Origin: Candidatus Nomurabacteria bacterium
GTDB lineage: Bacteria > Patescibacteriota > Minisyncoccia > Phycocordibacterales > UBA9973
DNA: 54,700 nucleotides
Assembly (NCBI GenBank): GCA_026395895.1
Contig: JAPLXV010000021.1
Coordinates: forward strand, 1 to 54,700
Reading direction: 5' to 3'
The notes below the pieces were generated by a model. That model did not search any database. It saw only the letters and a list, made by a program, of their open reading frames with translations, and had not been told where the DNA came from. Both the position numbers and the translations under genes were made by a program. Position 1 is the first letter of the stretch; every line of letters begins with the position of its first letter. Of the stretch, positions 9,213-19,261 are shown piece after piece.

Positions 9213-10437
9213 TAATTTGAATTTTATATTGGAATATTTTAAAGAAAGGCGTACTTCGGCCACTATTTTATTAGTAGCTCTTTTTTTTGGTTTAGGTGTA
9301 TATATAGGGTTTAACCAAAGACCAGAAATAAACAAAGTTGTCAATATCTCGGGAAAAGAAACTGCTGTTGCTACAGAAGCTGACTTTTCTCCGTTTTGGA
9401 AAGTTTGGAATAGTATTAATGAAAAATATCCTAACGCCATTAAAACAACCGACCAAAACAAGATTTATGGGGCTATTTCTGGGCTTGTAGGCTCTTTAAA
9501 TGACCCCTACAGCGTGTTTTTTAACCCAGATGATGCAAAGCTCTTTGAGGACGATATACAAGGTAGTTTTGGTGGAATTGGTATGGAAATTGGCATGAAA
9601 GATAAGGTACTGACAGTAATCGCTCCTCTTAAAAATACTCCTGCCTATAAAGCTGATATAAAGTCGGGTGATAAAATTCTAAAAATTGACAACCTAGTCA
9701 CTTCTGGAATGAGTGTAGAAAAAGCCATAAAATTAATTAGAGGAGATGTGGGTACGACAGTAACACTGACAATCTTTCGTGAAGGAGATCAGGATCCAAA
9801 AGAAATAAAAATCGTACGAGATATTATTAATATACCGACCCTTGATACAGAATTAAGAAAGGACGGAATTTTTGTAATAAAACTTTATAGTTTTTCGGCA
9901 AATTCAGCTGACCTATTTCGTAATGCATTAAAGGAATTTTCTACATCCAAGTCTGATAAATTGTTGCTAGACTTAAGAGGAAACCCTGGAGGATATTTAG
10001 ATGCGGCTGTTAGTATGTCTAGTTGGTTTTTAGAAGGAGGTAAAACTGTGGTGACAGAAGATTATGGAAATAATTTAAAACCAAAAATATACAGAAGCCA
10101 AGGTTATAATGTATTTTCTGACAAATTAAAATTTGTGATTTTAATTGATAGCGGTTCGGCCTCAGCTTCTGAAATACTAGCGGGCGCAATGCAAGACTAC
10201 AAAAAAGCGATACTGGTAGGAGATAAGAGTTTTGGTAAAGGTTCTGTCCAAGAAGTGGTAAAAGTGACACCAGACACTATTTTAAAAATTACCGTAGCCA
10301 AATGGTTGACTCCCAATGGCAATTCTATTTCCGAAAAAGGATTAACTCCAGATTATGAAGTATTATTTACAAAAAAAGATATTGAAAATAAAGTAGATCC
10401 ACAATTAAATAAAGCTGTAGAATTGTTATTAAAATAA
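9196..10437 (+). CDS. ctp: Carboxy-terminal processing protease (S41 family, PDZ-containing)
   Basis: TM anchor, PDZ-like GDKILKIDN, and S41 motifs LLLDLRGNPGGY and DSGSASASEILAGA. The start was chosen at MRKKFNN (9196) rather than the upstream ORF extension. Confidence 0.9.
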   Translation: MRKKFNNLNFILEYFKERRTSATILLVALFFGLGVYIGFNQRPEINKVVNISGKETAVATEADFSPFWKVWNSINEKYPNAIKTTDQNKIYGAISGLVGSLNDPYSVFFNPDDAKLFEDDIQGSFGGIGMEIGMKDKVLTVIAPLKNTPAYKADIKSGDKILKIDNLVTSGMSVEKAIKLIRGDVGTTVTLTIFREGDQDPKEIKIVRDIINIPTLDTELRKDGIFVIKLYSFSANSADLFRNALKEFSTSKSDKLLLDLRGNPGGYLDAAVSMSSWFLEGGKTVVTEDYGNNLKPKIYRSQGYNVFSDKLKFVILIDSGSASASEILAGAMQDYKKAILVGDKSFGKGSVQEVVKVTPDTILKITVAKWLTPNGNSISEKGLTPDYEVLFTKKDIENKVDPQLNKAVELLLK

Positions 10438-10462
10438 CGAGCGAAGTGAGTATATTTTTATA

Positions 10463-10553
10463 ACCCTGTTAAATAATTTTTGCAAAGCAAAAATTGCCGA
10501 AGGCATTTAACAGGGTGAAGATTTTCTAATCGCTTTGCTCAAGAAAATCAATC
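10463..10553 (+). promoter_or_regulatory. Structured upstream cassette, copy A (outer stem enclosing two hairpins, then a second conserved hairpin, ending at the rplI ATG)
   Basis: accctgttaaat...atttaacagggt encloses aatttttgc/gcaaaaatt and gcc/ggc hairpins. This is followed by gattttc...gaaaatc. A near-identical copy lies upstream of dnaJ (50060-50151, minus strand). Confidence 0.6.
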
Positions 10554-10997
10554 ATGAAAGTAATTTTTTTACAAGATGTGCCTAGGGTAGGTAAAAAATA
10601 CGATATCAAAGAAGTAAATGATGGTTATGCCATAAATTTTTTATTTCCTAAAAAATGGGCCACTCTCGCTACTCCTAAAGCTGTAGCAGAAATTGAAAAA
10701 TATAAAAAGAATATAATTATAGAGAGGGAAGTGCAAGAAGAACTTTTAATAAAAAATCTAGAGGAAATAAAAAATAAAACGATTACTATCAAAGCCAAAG
10801 CTGATGAAAAAGGTCATCTTTTTTCTGCTATTCATGAAAAAATGTTAGTGGAAGCGATGGAAAAAGAATATCACGCTCTAATAGATGAAAAATTTATTGT
10901 GCTAGAAAAACAAATAAAAGAAATAGGAGAATTTGAAATCCCGATTGTTATCAAAAACAAAAAATCTTCGTTTAAACTTATTGTGGAGAAATTATAA
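10554..10997 (+). CDS. rplI: 50S ribosomal protein L9
   Basis: MKVIFLQDVPRVGKKYDIKEVNDGYAINFLFPKK is a typical L9 N-terminal domain. Confidence 0.95.
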   Translation: MKVIFLQDVPRVGKKYDIKEVNDGYAINFLFPKKWATLATPKAVAEIEKYKKNIIIEREVQEELLIKNLEEIKNKTITIKAKADEKGHLFSAIHEKMLVEAMEKEYHALIDEKFIVLEKQIKEIGEFEIPIVIKNKKSSFKLIVEKL

Positions 10998-11026
10998 AAA
11001 ATCTTCACGAGAGGGGATTTTTAGTT

Positions 11027-11299
11027 TTAAATTACATTTACTATTTTTTTGACTACCGTTCTGCCATTAAATGATGTCTTTCGTCTGGAGCCAAATTTGA
11101 CTGTTCCGGGTTTAAGAGCAAAAAGAGTATGATCTTTGCCCATAGATACGTTATTACCAGCCATTATGACTGTCCCGCGTTGACGGACGATAATAGAGCC
11201 AGACTGCGCTTTCTGACCATCAGCAAGTTTAGTACCAAGGTACTTTGGGTTTGAATCTCTTAAGTTTTTCGCCGTTCCGCCGGCTTTTCTATGTGCCAT
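11027..11299 (-). CDS. rpmA: 50S ribosomal protein L27
   Basis: [22 protein letters not shown]...IIVRQRGT is a canonical L27 sequence. Confidence 0.97.
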   Translation of the reverse strand: MAHRKAGGTAKNLRDSNPKYLGTKLADGQKAQSGSIIVRQRGTVIMAGNNVSMGKDHTLFALKPGTVKFGSRRKTSFNGRTVVKKIVNVI

Positions 11300-11418
11300 T
11301 TAATTAGTTTGTTAGGTTCTAGGTTCTAGCTTCTAGTTAAAAATAAACAGAAAATAAAACAATAGACTAATATTTAAAAATTATTTATAATAAGACAATT
11401 AAGAGTATAAACAATTAT

Positions 11419-11790
11419 ATGGAAAAAATCAAGCAATTTACGGAAAGTGATAAAGGAAAAGATATATTAGTTATTATCATCATTATTTTAGTGGGTTTGG
11501 GCTCATTTGAGCTAGGTAGACTATCAAAAAACAGCTCTTCGGGCCTTAAAATTGAATATCCGAGCCAAGAAAGCAATGTCTTAGAGTCTATAAATCAAAA
11601 TCCGACTAAATTAGCTCAAAATTCAACAAAATCAAATTCAGGGAATTTTTTCGCCTCAAGTAGGGGAACAAAATATTATTCTATAAGTTGTTCAGCGGGG
11701 AAAACTATTAAAGAGGAGAATAGAATATATTTTAATACATCTACAGAAGCACAAAGTGCCGGATATGAACTTTCTAGCGCATGTAAGTAA
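11419..11790 (+). CDS. Membrane-anchored hypothetical protein with C-terminal Ada-like Cys motif
   Basis: N-terminal TM helix. The C-terminus, YYSISCSAGKTIKEENRIYFNTSTEAQSAGYELSSAC, fits the YY-x3-C...EA-x2-AGY...C small-domain pattern common in CPR proteins. Confidence 0.55.
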   Translation: MEKIKQFTESDKGKDILVIIIIILVGLGSFELGRLSKNSSSGLKIEYPSQESNVLESINQNPTKLAQNSTKSNSGNFFASSRGTKYYSISCSAGKTIKEENRIYFNTSTEAQSAGYELSSACK

Positions 11791-11861
11791 TATCACCCTA
11801 CCGGAAAGATATATTGTGGGACACGATACTAATTAAAATATAAGGCCCAAAAGACCCTTCC

Positions 11862-12185
11862 CTACGGCCTATTGACGGTAGGTGCATTCAATTCGTAGTC
11901 TGTTGGCTGACCGTCACGAATTCTTTCCATATTATTTATAAAAGATTTCCAAAAAATATTTATAAAAATATCATTCCATAAATATGATGCAGGCGCTTTA
12001 AAATAATCATTCCATAAATTTCTAGTCCCTCCCCCGACATAGGTTATGTTCTCTTGCGCAGTAGGGCTTTCTACGACCGATTTAACACTTATATTAAAAT
12101 AACTAAGCACAAAAATAAGAATGACCGCCAAAAGTAAAATCCCTATAATACTTATTCCTCTTTCCAATTTATTAAAATTAAACAT
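11862..12185 (-). CDS. Hypothetical membrane-anchored protein
   Basis: 107 aa with one N-terminal TM helix. No family was recognised. Confidence 0.5.
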   Translation of the reverse strand: MFNFNKLERGISIIGILLLAVILIFVLSYFNISVKSVVESPTAQENITYVGGGTRNLWNDYFKAPASYLWNDIFINIFWKSFINNMERIRDGQPTDYELNAPTVNRP

Positions 12186-12196
12186 TTTAGTTTTGA

Positions 12197-12343
12197 TTAG
12201 AAAACACTATTAAATAACGTCTTTATCCAATTAAAAACGTCTGACAAACTAATCTTAAAATATTTCATTATAAATAAAGCGATAATAATAAAAATTATTA
12301 AACGTAAGAATCCTCCTTGTTCATTTTTTAAATTATTAATCAT
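12197..12343 (-). CDS. Possible 48-aa single-TM micro-protein
   Basis: It translates to MINNLKNEQGGFLRLIIFIIIALFIMKYFKISLSDVFNWIKTLFNSVF and lies in tandem just upstream of 11862..12185. It is below the ORF-track size cut-off and has only a weak RBS. Confidence 0.3.
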   Translation of the reverse strand: MINNLKNEQGGFLRLIIFIIIALFIMKYFKISLSDVFNWIKTLFNSVF

Positions 12344-12396
12344 CCTTTTATTTTACCACTTTTACTTATAAGGAGGCAAGCCCGCCTTGACTCGCA

Positions 12397-13689
12397 TTAT
12401 AGGCGAGGCAGGTAATACATAGGGTCAAGGTAAGCGTTGATTGGAGCGATAGGTTGCGTAAGGATTCTCCCTGGGCAAGACTTACTTGGCACACTTTTTA
12501 CTTCCACAGCGTCCTTAGCATAAATTGAAACATGTAGATGCGGTCCCGTAGAATAGCCAGTATTGCCACTATAACCAACAACTTGTCCACGAGATACCTT
12601 ATCCCCTATATTTACTTTTATAAGCGATAAATGCCCAAAAGTACTAGCTAGACCATCATTGTATTTAATTAAAATAAAACGTCCAAAAGAAACTCCTGGG
12701 CATTGAACATCCGTATTACCAGTACCAGCCACCACACCATCTGCAAGAGCCTTAACTGAAGTACCTATGGAAGCGCGAAAATCGACACCATTATGGCTAC
12801 CATTTGCATAAAGACGTTTTCCTGCCTCTGTTTTACCAAAAAGCTGAGTAATATAAATATCATCTAGTGGCCAACTTAATACTCCCCCGTTAGGAAGTTT
12901 AGAAGGATCAAGAACATATTGTAACTGTGATTCATAATCACGTAATTCTTTTTCAAATGCATCTTTTTTGGCTAATCTATCTTTTAATAATTTTTGATAA
13001 TTGGTTTCGCTGTTTTTTGTTTGGGTCAGAAGTTTCTTTTTTTCTGCAGTATTTTGATCTACAATTTTTTTCTGGTCTGCCAATTTAGATTTTAAGGCTA
13101 CTAATTCATTTTTAGCGTCTGTCGTTTCTTTTCTAGTGTCCTCTAAATCACTTTTCATTTGTTTTAATTCAACTATCATTTGTCGAATTTTATTACCAAC
13201 AGCAACCATGTTGTCTATATCATTCCAAACTACCGTAAAATTATTTTCTGATAAAATAGTGGCTAATACATCATTTTGTTCAAATTCGTTTATTTGTCTA
13301 ATACTTAAAGATATTGCATCTATGCTATTTGAGATACGTTCTTGTTTATTATTTATTTCCAGGCTTAATTCTCGTATTTTGAGATTCGTTTTATCTATTT
13401 TATTTTGAGTTAAAGAAATATCAGCCACTAATTTTTTTCTAGTCAAGTCTAACTGTTTGATAGAAACATTCAATGAATTTTTTTGTTTTCCTAAACCATC
13501 TAACTCTATTTGATATTGCTTGATTTCTTCTTCTAGTTTACTTATGTCTGTATTTTTTTGACTTATTTTATCGCTCAGTTCTTGAGCCGTTTGAGCATAA
13601 GAAAAAACAATAGGAATAGTTATCAAAATTCCTAAAAATAATACAAATATATATCTATATAGCCTTTTGTAATCGTAATAAAGTTTCAT
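12397..13689 (-). CDS. M23 family metallopeptidase with N-terminal coiled coil (EnvC-like)
   Basis: TM/signal segment, long coiled coil, and LytM motifs HNGVDFRA and GNTGYSTGPHLHVSIY. Confidence 0.9.
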   Translation of the reverse strand: MKLYYDYKRLYRYIFVLFLGILITIPIVFSYAQTAQELSDKISQKNTDISKLEEEIKQYQIELDGLGKQKNSLNVSIKQLDLTRKKLVADISLTQNKIDKTNLKIRELSLEINNKQERISNSIDAISLSIRQINEFEQNDVLATILSENNFTVVWNDIDNMVAVGNKIRQMIVELKQMKSDLEDTRKETTDAKNELVALKSKLADQKKIVDQNTAEKKKLLTQTKNSETNYQKLLKDRLAKKDAFEKELRDYESQLQYVLDPSKLPNGGVLSWPLDDIYITQLFGKTEAGKRLYANGSHNGVDFRASIGTSVKALADGVVAGTGNTDVQCPGVSFGRFILIKYNDGLASTFGHLSLIKVNIGDKVSRGQVVGYSGNTGYSTGPHLHVSIYAKDAVEVKSVPSKSCPGRILTQPIAPINAYLDPMYYLPRL

Positions 13690-15072
13690 TTTTTCCTAAA
13701 ATCTCGGCAATAATGAAAGGATCTGGTGATTTATCAAGTCCTGAAAGGGCGTAACGAATAGGGTGCAATACTTCTCCCCTGCTTTCTGATTTATTAGCTA
13801 TTTGCATCAAAATATTTTTTATATTTTCATTTGTAAAATCTTTTTCTTTTATCTCTTGAAGTGCATTTATAGCCAGTTTTAAATTTTCAGTTATTTTTTC
13901 TATAGAAGAATTCTTAAAGACTAGTTTTTCTTTTGCATATTTGGGTTCTTTATAAAAAAAGTCTAGTTCTCCCCTTTCTAACATCCCTTTTATATCTGAC
14001 CACTTGGAAATTCTCTCAAAAATTATTGGAACAATTTTCTCTATTTTTAATTCTTCCGGTAAATATTCAAAAATATTTTTTCTCAGCTCTTCAATCGAAA
14101 GTTTTTTCATATGCTCTTTATTTATCCAATCTAACTTATCATCATTCCATTGAGCCCCGGAATGCCCTACGCGAGAAATATCAAAAGCCTTTATTAATTC
14201 ATCCATTGTAAAGATTTCCCTATCATCTCCCGGATTCCAGCCTAAAAGTGCCAAGAAATTAATCATTGCTTCCGGCAAATATCCTTCATTTTTATATTCT
14301 AAAATATCTTTAGCGCCATCTCTTTTGCTTAATTTTTTATTCCCCCCTTCTCCCATAATTGGAGGTAAAGTAGCAAAAAGAGGAGGTTTGAAATCTAAAG
14401 CTTCATATAAAGACAAAAATTTGGGAACAGAAGAGATAAATTCTTGGCCACGCATTACGTGAGTCACACCCATTTCGATATCATCAACAATATGCGCAAA
14501 GTTATATGTTGGATAACTATCACTTTTTATTAAAATAAAATCATCTAAAGCTTCTGGCCCGGCAGATAAATCTCCATAAACCAAGTCATTCCATTTAAAA
14601 CTTTTTATTTCGGGTACTTTAAAGCGAAGCGGTTTAAGTACCCCGCCAGAGGACGGGCAAGCATCCCAAATATCAAATTTTTCTGGCCGATGTTCTCTAA
14701 ATAAAAATGGCTTTTTTTCTAATTCAGCTTTTTCGCGAAATTCATCAACTTCTTCTTCGGTATATGGATCAGGATAAGCTAAACCTTTATCTATTAAAAT
14801 CTGCGCGTATTTTTTATATAAATCCAATCTCTCTGATTGTAAATATGGGGCGTGTAGTCCTCCGATATTCGGTCCTTCGTCCCAATTAATTCCCAACCAT
14901 TTTAATGATTCAATAATATGGTCAATTGAACCTGCCACTTCCCTTTCTTTGTCATAAAGGTGCCTTTATTTTTCTTGGCCCAAAGCCAAGCATATAAAGC
15001 AGTGCGAACGCCACCTACATGCATAAAACCTGTCGGCGAAGGCGCAAATCTTGTAACAACTTTCTTTTCCAT
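13655..15072 (-). pseudogene. gltX: Glutamyl-tRNA synthetase interrupted by a short frame-breaking deletion near nt 14954
   Basis: The ATG at 15072 encodes [39 protein letters not shown] (HIGH motif). Two stray nt follow, then [28 protein letters not shown] in another frame. The near-universal ILRIEDTD block is absent. KLSKR is present downstream. Confidence 0.85.
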
Positions 15073-15088
15073 CTATCTATTTTAGCAT

Positions 15089-16219
15089 TTATTTTTCGTG
15101 ACTCAAAGCCATATCAACAAGCTCGCGGGCGATTTTGTAGGCAGCGTCAGGTTTGTTATATGCTTTAGCGCTTTGCGCCATTTTATTCCAAACATTTTTA
15201 TCATTCACGATTCTTTCAATTTCCGAACTCAAAATATTGGCCGTCATATTCATTTCTTCAATAACGTTACAAGCTCCAGTATGGGCATAACTAAAAGCAT
15301 TTTTCCTTTGATGATCTCCGTTGGTAGTGGTAATCGGAACAATAATAGACGGTACACCCCAAGAAGCTATTTCAAATATAGTTGACCCTGCCCTAGAAAC
15401 AATAATTGTTGCCACTCCAGCCGCCATTTTCATAGCAAGAGGATTTAAAAAAGCAAAAGGTAAATATCTCGATTTTTCTGGGCTAGGAGCAAGAATTACT
15501 TTTGCTTGTCCATTAACGCTTTTAAAATTATTCACTCCCGTTTGATGTATAATTTGAAAATTCTTTACAAGTCTTGGTAAAGCATCAAGTACCGTATTGT
15601 TTATAAGTTCTGCGCCCTGAGAACCACCTAAAATTAAAACAACTGGCAAATCTGATTCTAATTTAAAATATTGTAATGCTTCATTACGTGGAGCAGAATG
15701 TTCTATTTCGGTTCTGATTGGATGTCCCGTCCAAGCAACTGTTTTTTTAGGAAAATAATCGGCTGCTTCTTTAAAAGAAACAGCTACCCTTTTAGCAAAA
15801 TGTCCTGCCCATTTATTTACTCGGCCTGGTACAGAATCTGATTCATGAATAACCACAGGAATACGTAGAATTCTGGCTGCTAGAATAGCTGGGAATGACC
15901 CATAGCCACCTTTCCCAAAAACTACATCTGGATAAATTGAAAATATTTTATAAATGGCATTAATCGTACCAAAAAACATTTTAAAAATACCAATGAAATT
16001 TTTAAAAGAAAAATAAGTGCGTAATTTCCCTGCTTTTACTTCTTCATACGAAAGTCCATTTTCTAAAAGCATTTCTTTATCGTAAGGACTATCAGAAAAA
16101 TAATAAAGCTTGGCGCCTAATATTTTATCTTTATCTATTATTTGGTTGACTTTTTGAGCAACAGCGATAATTGGATAAAAATGTCCACCTGTTCCTCCTC
16201 CTGTAAATACTATTTTCAT
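15089..16219 (-). CDS. murG: Undecaprenyldiphospho-muramoylpentapeptide beta-N-acetylglucosaminyltransferase
   Basis: MKIVFTGGGTGGHFYPIIAVA plus a C-terminal GT28 domain. The start was chosen at 16219, just after the ftsW stop. Confidence 0.93.
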   Translation of the reverse strand: MKIVFTGGGTGGHFYPIIAVAQKVNQIIDKDKILGAKLYYFSDSPYDKEMLLENGLSYEEVKAGKLRTYFSFKNFIGIFKMFFGTINAIYKIFSIYPDVVFGKGGYGSFPAILAARILRIPVVIHESDSVPGRVNKWAGHFAKRVAVSFKEAADYFPKKTVAWTGHPIRTEIEHSAPRNEALQYFKLESDLPVVLILGGSQGAELINNTVLDALPRLVKNFQIIHQTGVNNFKSVNGQAKVILAPSPEKSRYLPFAFLNPLAMKMAAGVATIIVSRAGSTIFEIASWGVPSIIVPITTTNGDHQRKNAFSYAHTGACNVIEEMNMTANILSSEIERIVNDKNVWNKMAQSAKAYNKPDAAYKIARELVDMALSHEK

Positions 16220-16229
16220 AAATTTTTTA

Positions 16230-17333
16230 TTAATTATTTTTCTGCTGAAATTTTGATATCTGAAGCACCACACCCATGGCTATAAGATATATCATAAGCG
16301 AAGTACCTCCATGGCTCATAAAAACTAACGGCACCCCTGTCAATGGAAAAACTCCGGTCACAGAAGCGATATTCATAAACGATTGGGCTACAATCAGTAT
16401 AACAATTCCAGAAACCAAAAGTCTACTAAATAAATCTGGAGAATTTCTGGCAATACGAAGACCGCGCAGAAGAAAAAGCAAATAAAGTATTATTATGGCA
16501 ACGCTTCCCACAAAACCAAGTTCTTCACCTACTACAGCAAAAATAGAATCTCCTTGCGGTTCTGGTAAATAACTAAATTTTTGAATACTTTGACCATATC
16601 CCCTACCAAAAATCCCTCCGGAACCGATAGCGATTAATGATTGTTGAATTTGATATGAAGAACCTTGGGGATCTTGCGATGGATCAATAAAAGTTTTCAC
16701 TCGTTCCTGAAGATACGGAGTAAAATATACAAGAAATCCGAAAGCAATAATAGTGATTGTTCCTAACAATGTAATCCATTTTAAGGGTACACCAGAGATA
16801 AAAAGCATACAGGCTCCAGTAAGCACAATTAGAATAAAACTTTTTGTATCTGGTTGATTAAGTAAAATAAAAGCTATAATTGCCAGTAATACAATAAAAG
16901 GAAGAAACCCAAATTTGAAATCTTGCACTCTATTTTTTGCCCAAGAAAGCCAAGCAGCAAAATAAATGACAAATCCAAATTTTAAAAATTCAACTGGTTG
17001 GAATCTTACCGGTCCGAGTTGAATCCATCTTTCCGCTCCTAAATGACTCCATCCCAAACCCGGAACAAAAACTGCCGCAGTTAAAAATATTGACCCTAAA
17101 AAAATCCAAAAAGAATATTTGCGCCAAAATTTATAATCTATTTTAAAAGCAAAATACATGCCAATAAAACCAAGTCCAAATCCAAGAATTAATTGACTAA
17201 CCAGTACTGAATAAAAAGTGGTCTCACTTTTAGCTAAAATTCCTAGAGAGGCGGAAATAAAGATAGCCGCTCCGATAACAATCAAAAGAGTGACAACAGT
17301 TGCAAAAAATTTATCTACTTTTTTTTCTTTCAT
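16230..17333 (-). CDS. ftsW: SEDS family peptidoglycan polymerase (FtsW/RodA)
   Basis: About 10 TM helices and the conserved LPEPQGDSIFAVVGEELGF motif. It lies between mraY and murG. Confidence 0.9.
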   Translation of the reverse strand: MKEKKVDKFFATVVTLLIVIGAAIFISASLGILAKSETTFYSVLVSQLILGFGLGFIGMYFAFKIDYKFWRKYSFWIFLGSIFLTAAVFVPGLGWSHLGAERWIQLGPVRFQPVEFLKFGFVIYFAAWLSWAKNRVQDFKFGFLPFIVLLAIIAFILLNQPDTKSFILIVLTGACMLFISGVPLKWITLLGTITIIAFGFLVYFTPYLQERVKTFIDPSQDPQGSSYQIQQSLIAIGSGGIFGRGYGQSIQKFSYLPEPQGDSIFAVVGEELGFVGSVAIIILYLLFLLRGLRIARNSPDLFSRLLVSGIVILIVAQSFMNIASVTGVFPLTGVPLVFMSHGGTSLMIYLIAMGVVLQISKFQQKNN

Positions 17334-17334
17334 A

Positions 17335-18387
17335 TTATCGACTTATCACTGCTAAAATTATTCCTATAACAGAAAAAGCGGCAGAAAAAATCCAAAAACG
17401 CATAGTCACTTTATAAGATGGCCAGCCAAGCGCTTCAAAATGATGATGAATAGGGGCAAGTCTAAATATTTTTTTTCCGTTTCTTAATTTTTTTGAAATC
17501 ATTTGTAAAAGAACAGAACCAGAACTTATTACCAAAGGCATAGCCACAACTGGAAGAATTAAAACTGAATCAGTTAAAAATGCTAAAGTGGCTAAAGTAA
17601 TAGTAAGACCAATAATACCCGTCTCTCCCATATAAAATCTAGCTGGTGGAATATTAAACCAAAGGAAAGCTAAAATAGCTCCAGTGACAACAGCCGAAAA
17701 AGCGGCAATATCTATTTGATTATTGGCAAAAGCTATCATGGAATATGCGGCAAAAATTGAAGCAAATACTCCACCTGAGAGTCCATCTATTCCATCAATT
17801 ACTCCGCCCGAAAAAGTAGCCAAGGCAACTATGATGAAAAATGGAATAATTAAAACACCTAAATATAAATCTCCGTTAAAAGGAAGATGTATTGATACCA
17901 TTCCTAGTTTATAGTAAAACCAAAGTCCGATTAAAAAAGAAATAATTATAACCAATAATGCTTTCCATTTGCGCCAAGATTTATCATCGTGAGCAATTTT
18001 TCCTTGACCATAAATCTGTATCAAGTCATCCCAAAGTCCTAAAAATGATCCAAAAAGCAAAACAAAAAGAGGAATTAATGTTTGATTATTACTTAAGAAA
18101 TTAATTTTCTGTGTTAAATCAGAAGGAAAAAAAATAGAAAGCAAATAAAAAATCAAAGTCGATATAAGTATGGAAACCCAAATAATTATTCCACCTACTC
18201 TGGGTGTTTTTAGCTCATCATCCTCGTTGTGAATTTTTTGAAATTCAGTAAGAGTGGCACCATTGCGAGAATATTTTTTCCACATTTTGTACTTAAAGAA
18301 AAAATAGGTGGCAAATGGTGTAATAAAAAGCCCTATCAATAAGGCCACCACCGTTGGCAGAAAGATTTTAACCAAATTCAAAAGCAT
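17335..18387 (-). CDS. mraY: Phospho-N-acetylmuramoyl-pentapeptide transferase
   Basis: Polytopic membrane protein with MraY motifs (DGIDGLSGG, APIHHHFE). Confidence 0.93.
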   Translation of the reverse strand: MLLNLVKIFLPTVVALLIGLFITPFATYFFFKYKMWKKYSRNGATLTEFQKIHNEDDELKTPRVGGIIIWVSILISTLIFYLLSIFFPSDLTQKINFLSNNQTLIPLFVLLFGSFLGLWDDLIQIYGQGKIAHDDKSWRKWKALLVIIISFLIGLWFYYKLGMVSIHLPFNGDLYLGVLIIPFFIIVALATFSGGVIDGIDGLSGGVFASIFAAYSMIAFANNQIDIAAFSAVVTGAILAFLWFNIPPARFYMGETGIIGLTITLATLAFLTDSVLILPVVAMPLVISSGSVLLQMISKKLRNGKKIFRLAPIHHHFEALGWPSYKVTMRFWIFSAAFSVIGIILAVISR

Positions 18388-18394
18388 CCATACA

Positions 18395-19261
18395 TTATAA
18401 CACAGATATAATCTTTTCTACATCAGAAAATCTACCTTCTGAGCTTGAACCTAGAATGGTAATAGCGATATTATGACCATATTTATTCTTATATATTATC
18501 GTCAAATTACCTCCAGCTAGTGGAGTAAGTCCCGTTTTAGAAAATAAAATATCGGGGATTTTATCTAAAATATTACTCGTATTTTTTATATCATGATTAA
18601 CCCCAGATTCAGATTTTATATTTATTTCTGGCATTATACTCGCCCCAAAAATTTCTGGATATTCTTCAAATACATACAGAGCCATCACATTCACATCCTG
18701 AGCAGAGGCATAAGCACCGGCAAATTCATTATCAATATCTAAGCCCGTAAAATTAAAAAACAAAGTATTTTCCATCCCAATTTTTACTGCTTTGTCATTC
18801 ATTTTTTGTAAAAAATTATCTATATTTTCAGTCAGAGCATAAGCGCCATCATTAGCAGAACCCACTAAAGTAAATTTAGCTAAATCTTCAATCTTAAATT
18901 TCTCATTAACAAAAAATCCATACTCACCTTCTTGTTTGAGCGCTTCTGGAGAAATTGATATAACATCATTCATATTATGATTATTTAAGGCGGTAACAAC
19001 AGTCATTATTTTAACCAATGAAGCAATAGGCATTTCTATTTCATCATTCTTCCCATAAATTTTTATATTCGAGGTTTCGTCATAAATAGAAAAAGCTTTG
19101 GCTTGAACTGGAATATTCGCTAGAATATTTTGTATTTTGGTTAAATTGTTTTCATTATTAAAAAATGCAAGATTTAACTTATCATTTCCAACAGAAAATA
19201 AAATTGCCTCTAGGGCAAGAATAATTAAAATAACAAATAAATAATTATTTTTCTCAGGCAT
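18395..19261 (-). CDS. D-alanyl-D-alanine carboxypeptidase (S11, PBP5-like)
   Basis: SxxK (ASLVK), SxN (GSAND) and KTG (SKTGLT) motifs in the correct order, with an N-terminal anchor. Confidence 0.85.
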   Translation of the reverse strand: MPEKNNYLFVILIILALEAILFSVGNDKLNLAFFNNENNLTKIQNILANIPVQAKAFSIYDETSNIKIYGKNDEIEMPIASLVKIMTVVTALNNHNMNDVISISPEALKQEGEYGFFVNEKFKIEDLAKFTLVGSANDGAYALTENIDNFLQKMNDKAVKIGMENTLFFNFTGLDIDNEFAGAYASAQDVNVMALYVFEEYPEIFGASIMPEINIKSESGVNHDIKNTSNILDKIPDILFSKTGLTPLAGGNLTIIYKNKYGHNIAITILGSSSEGRFSDVEKIISVL

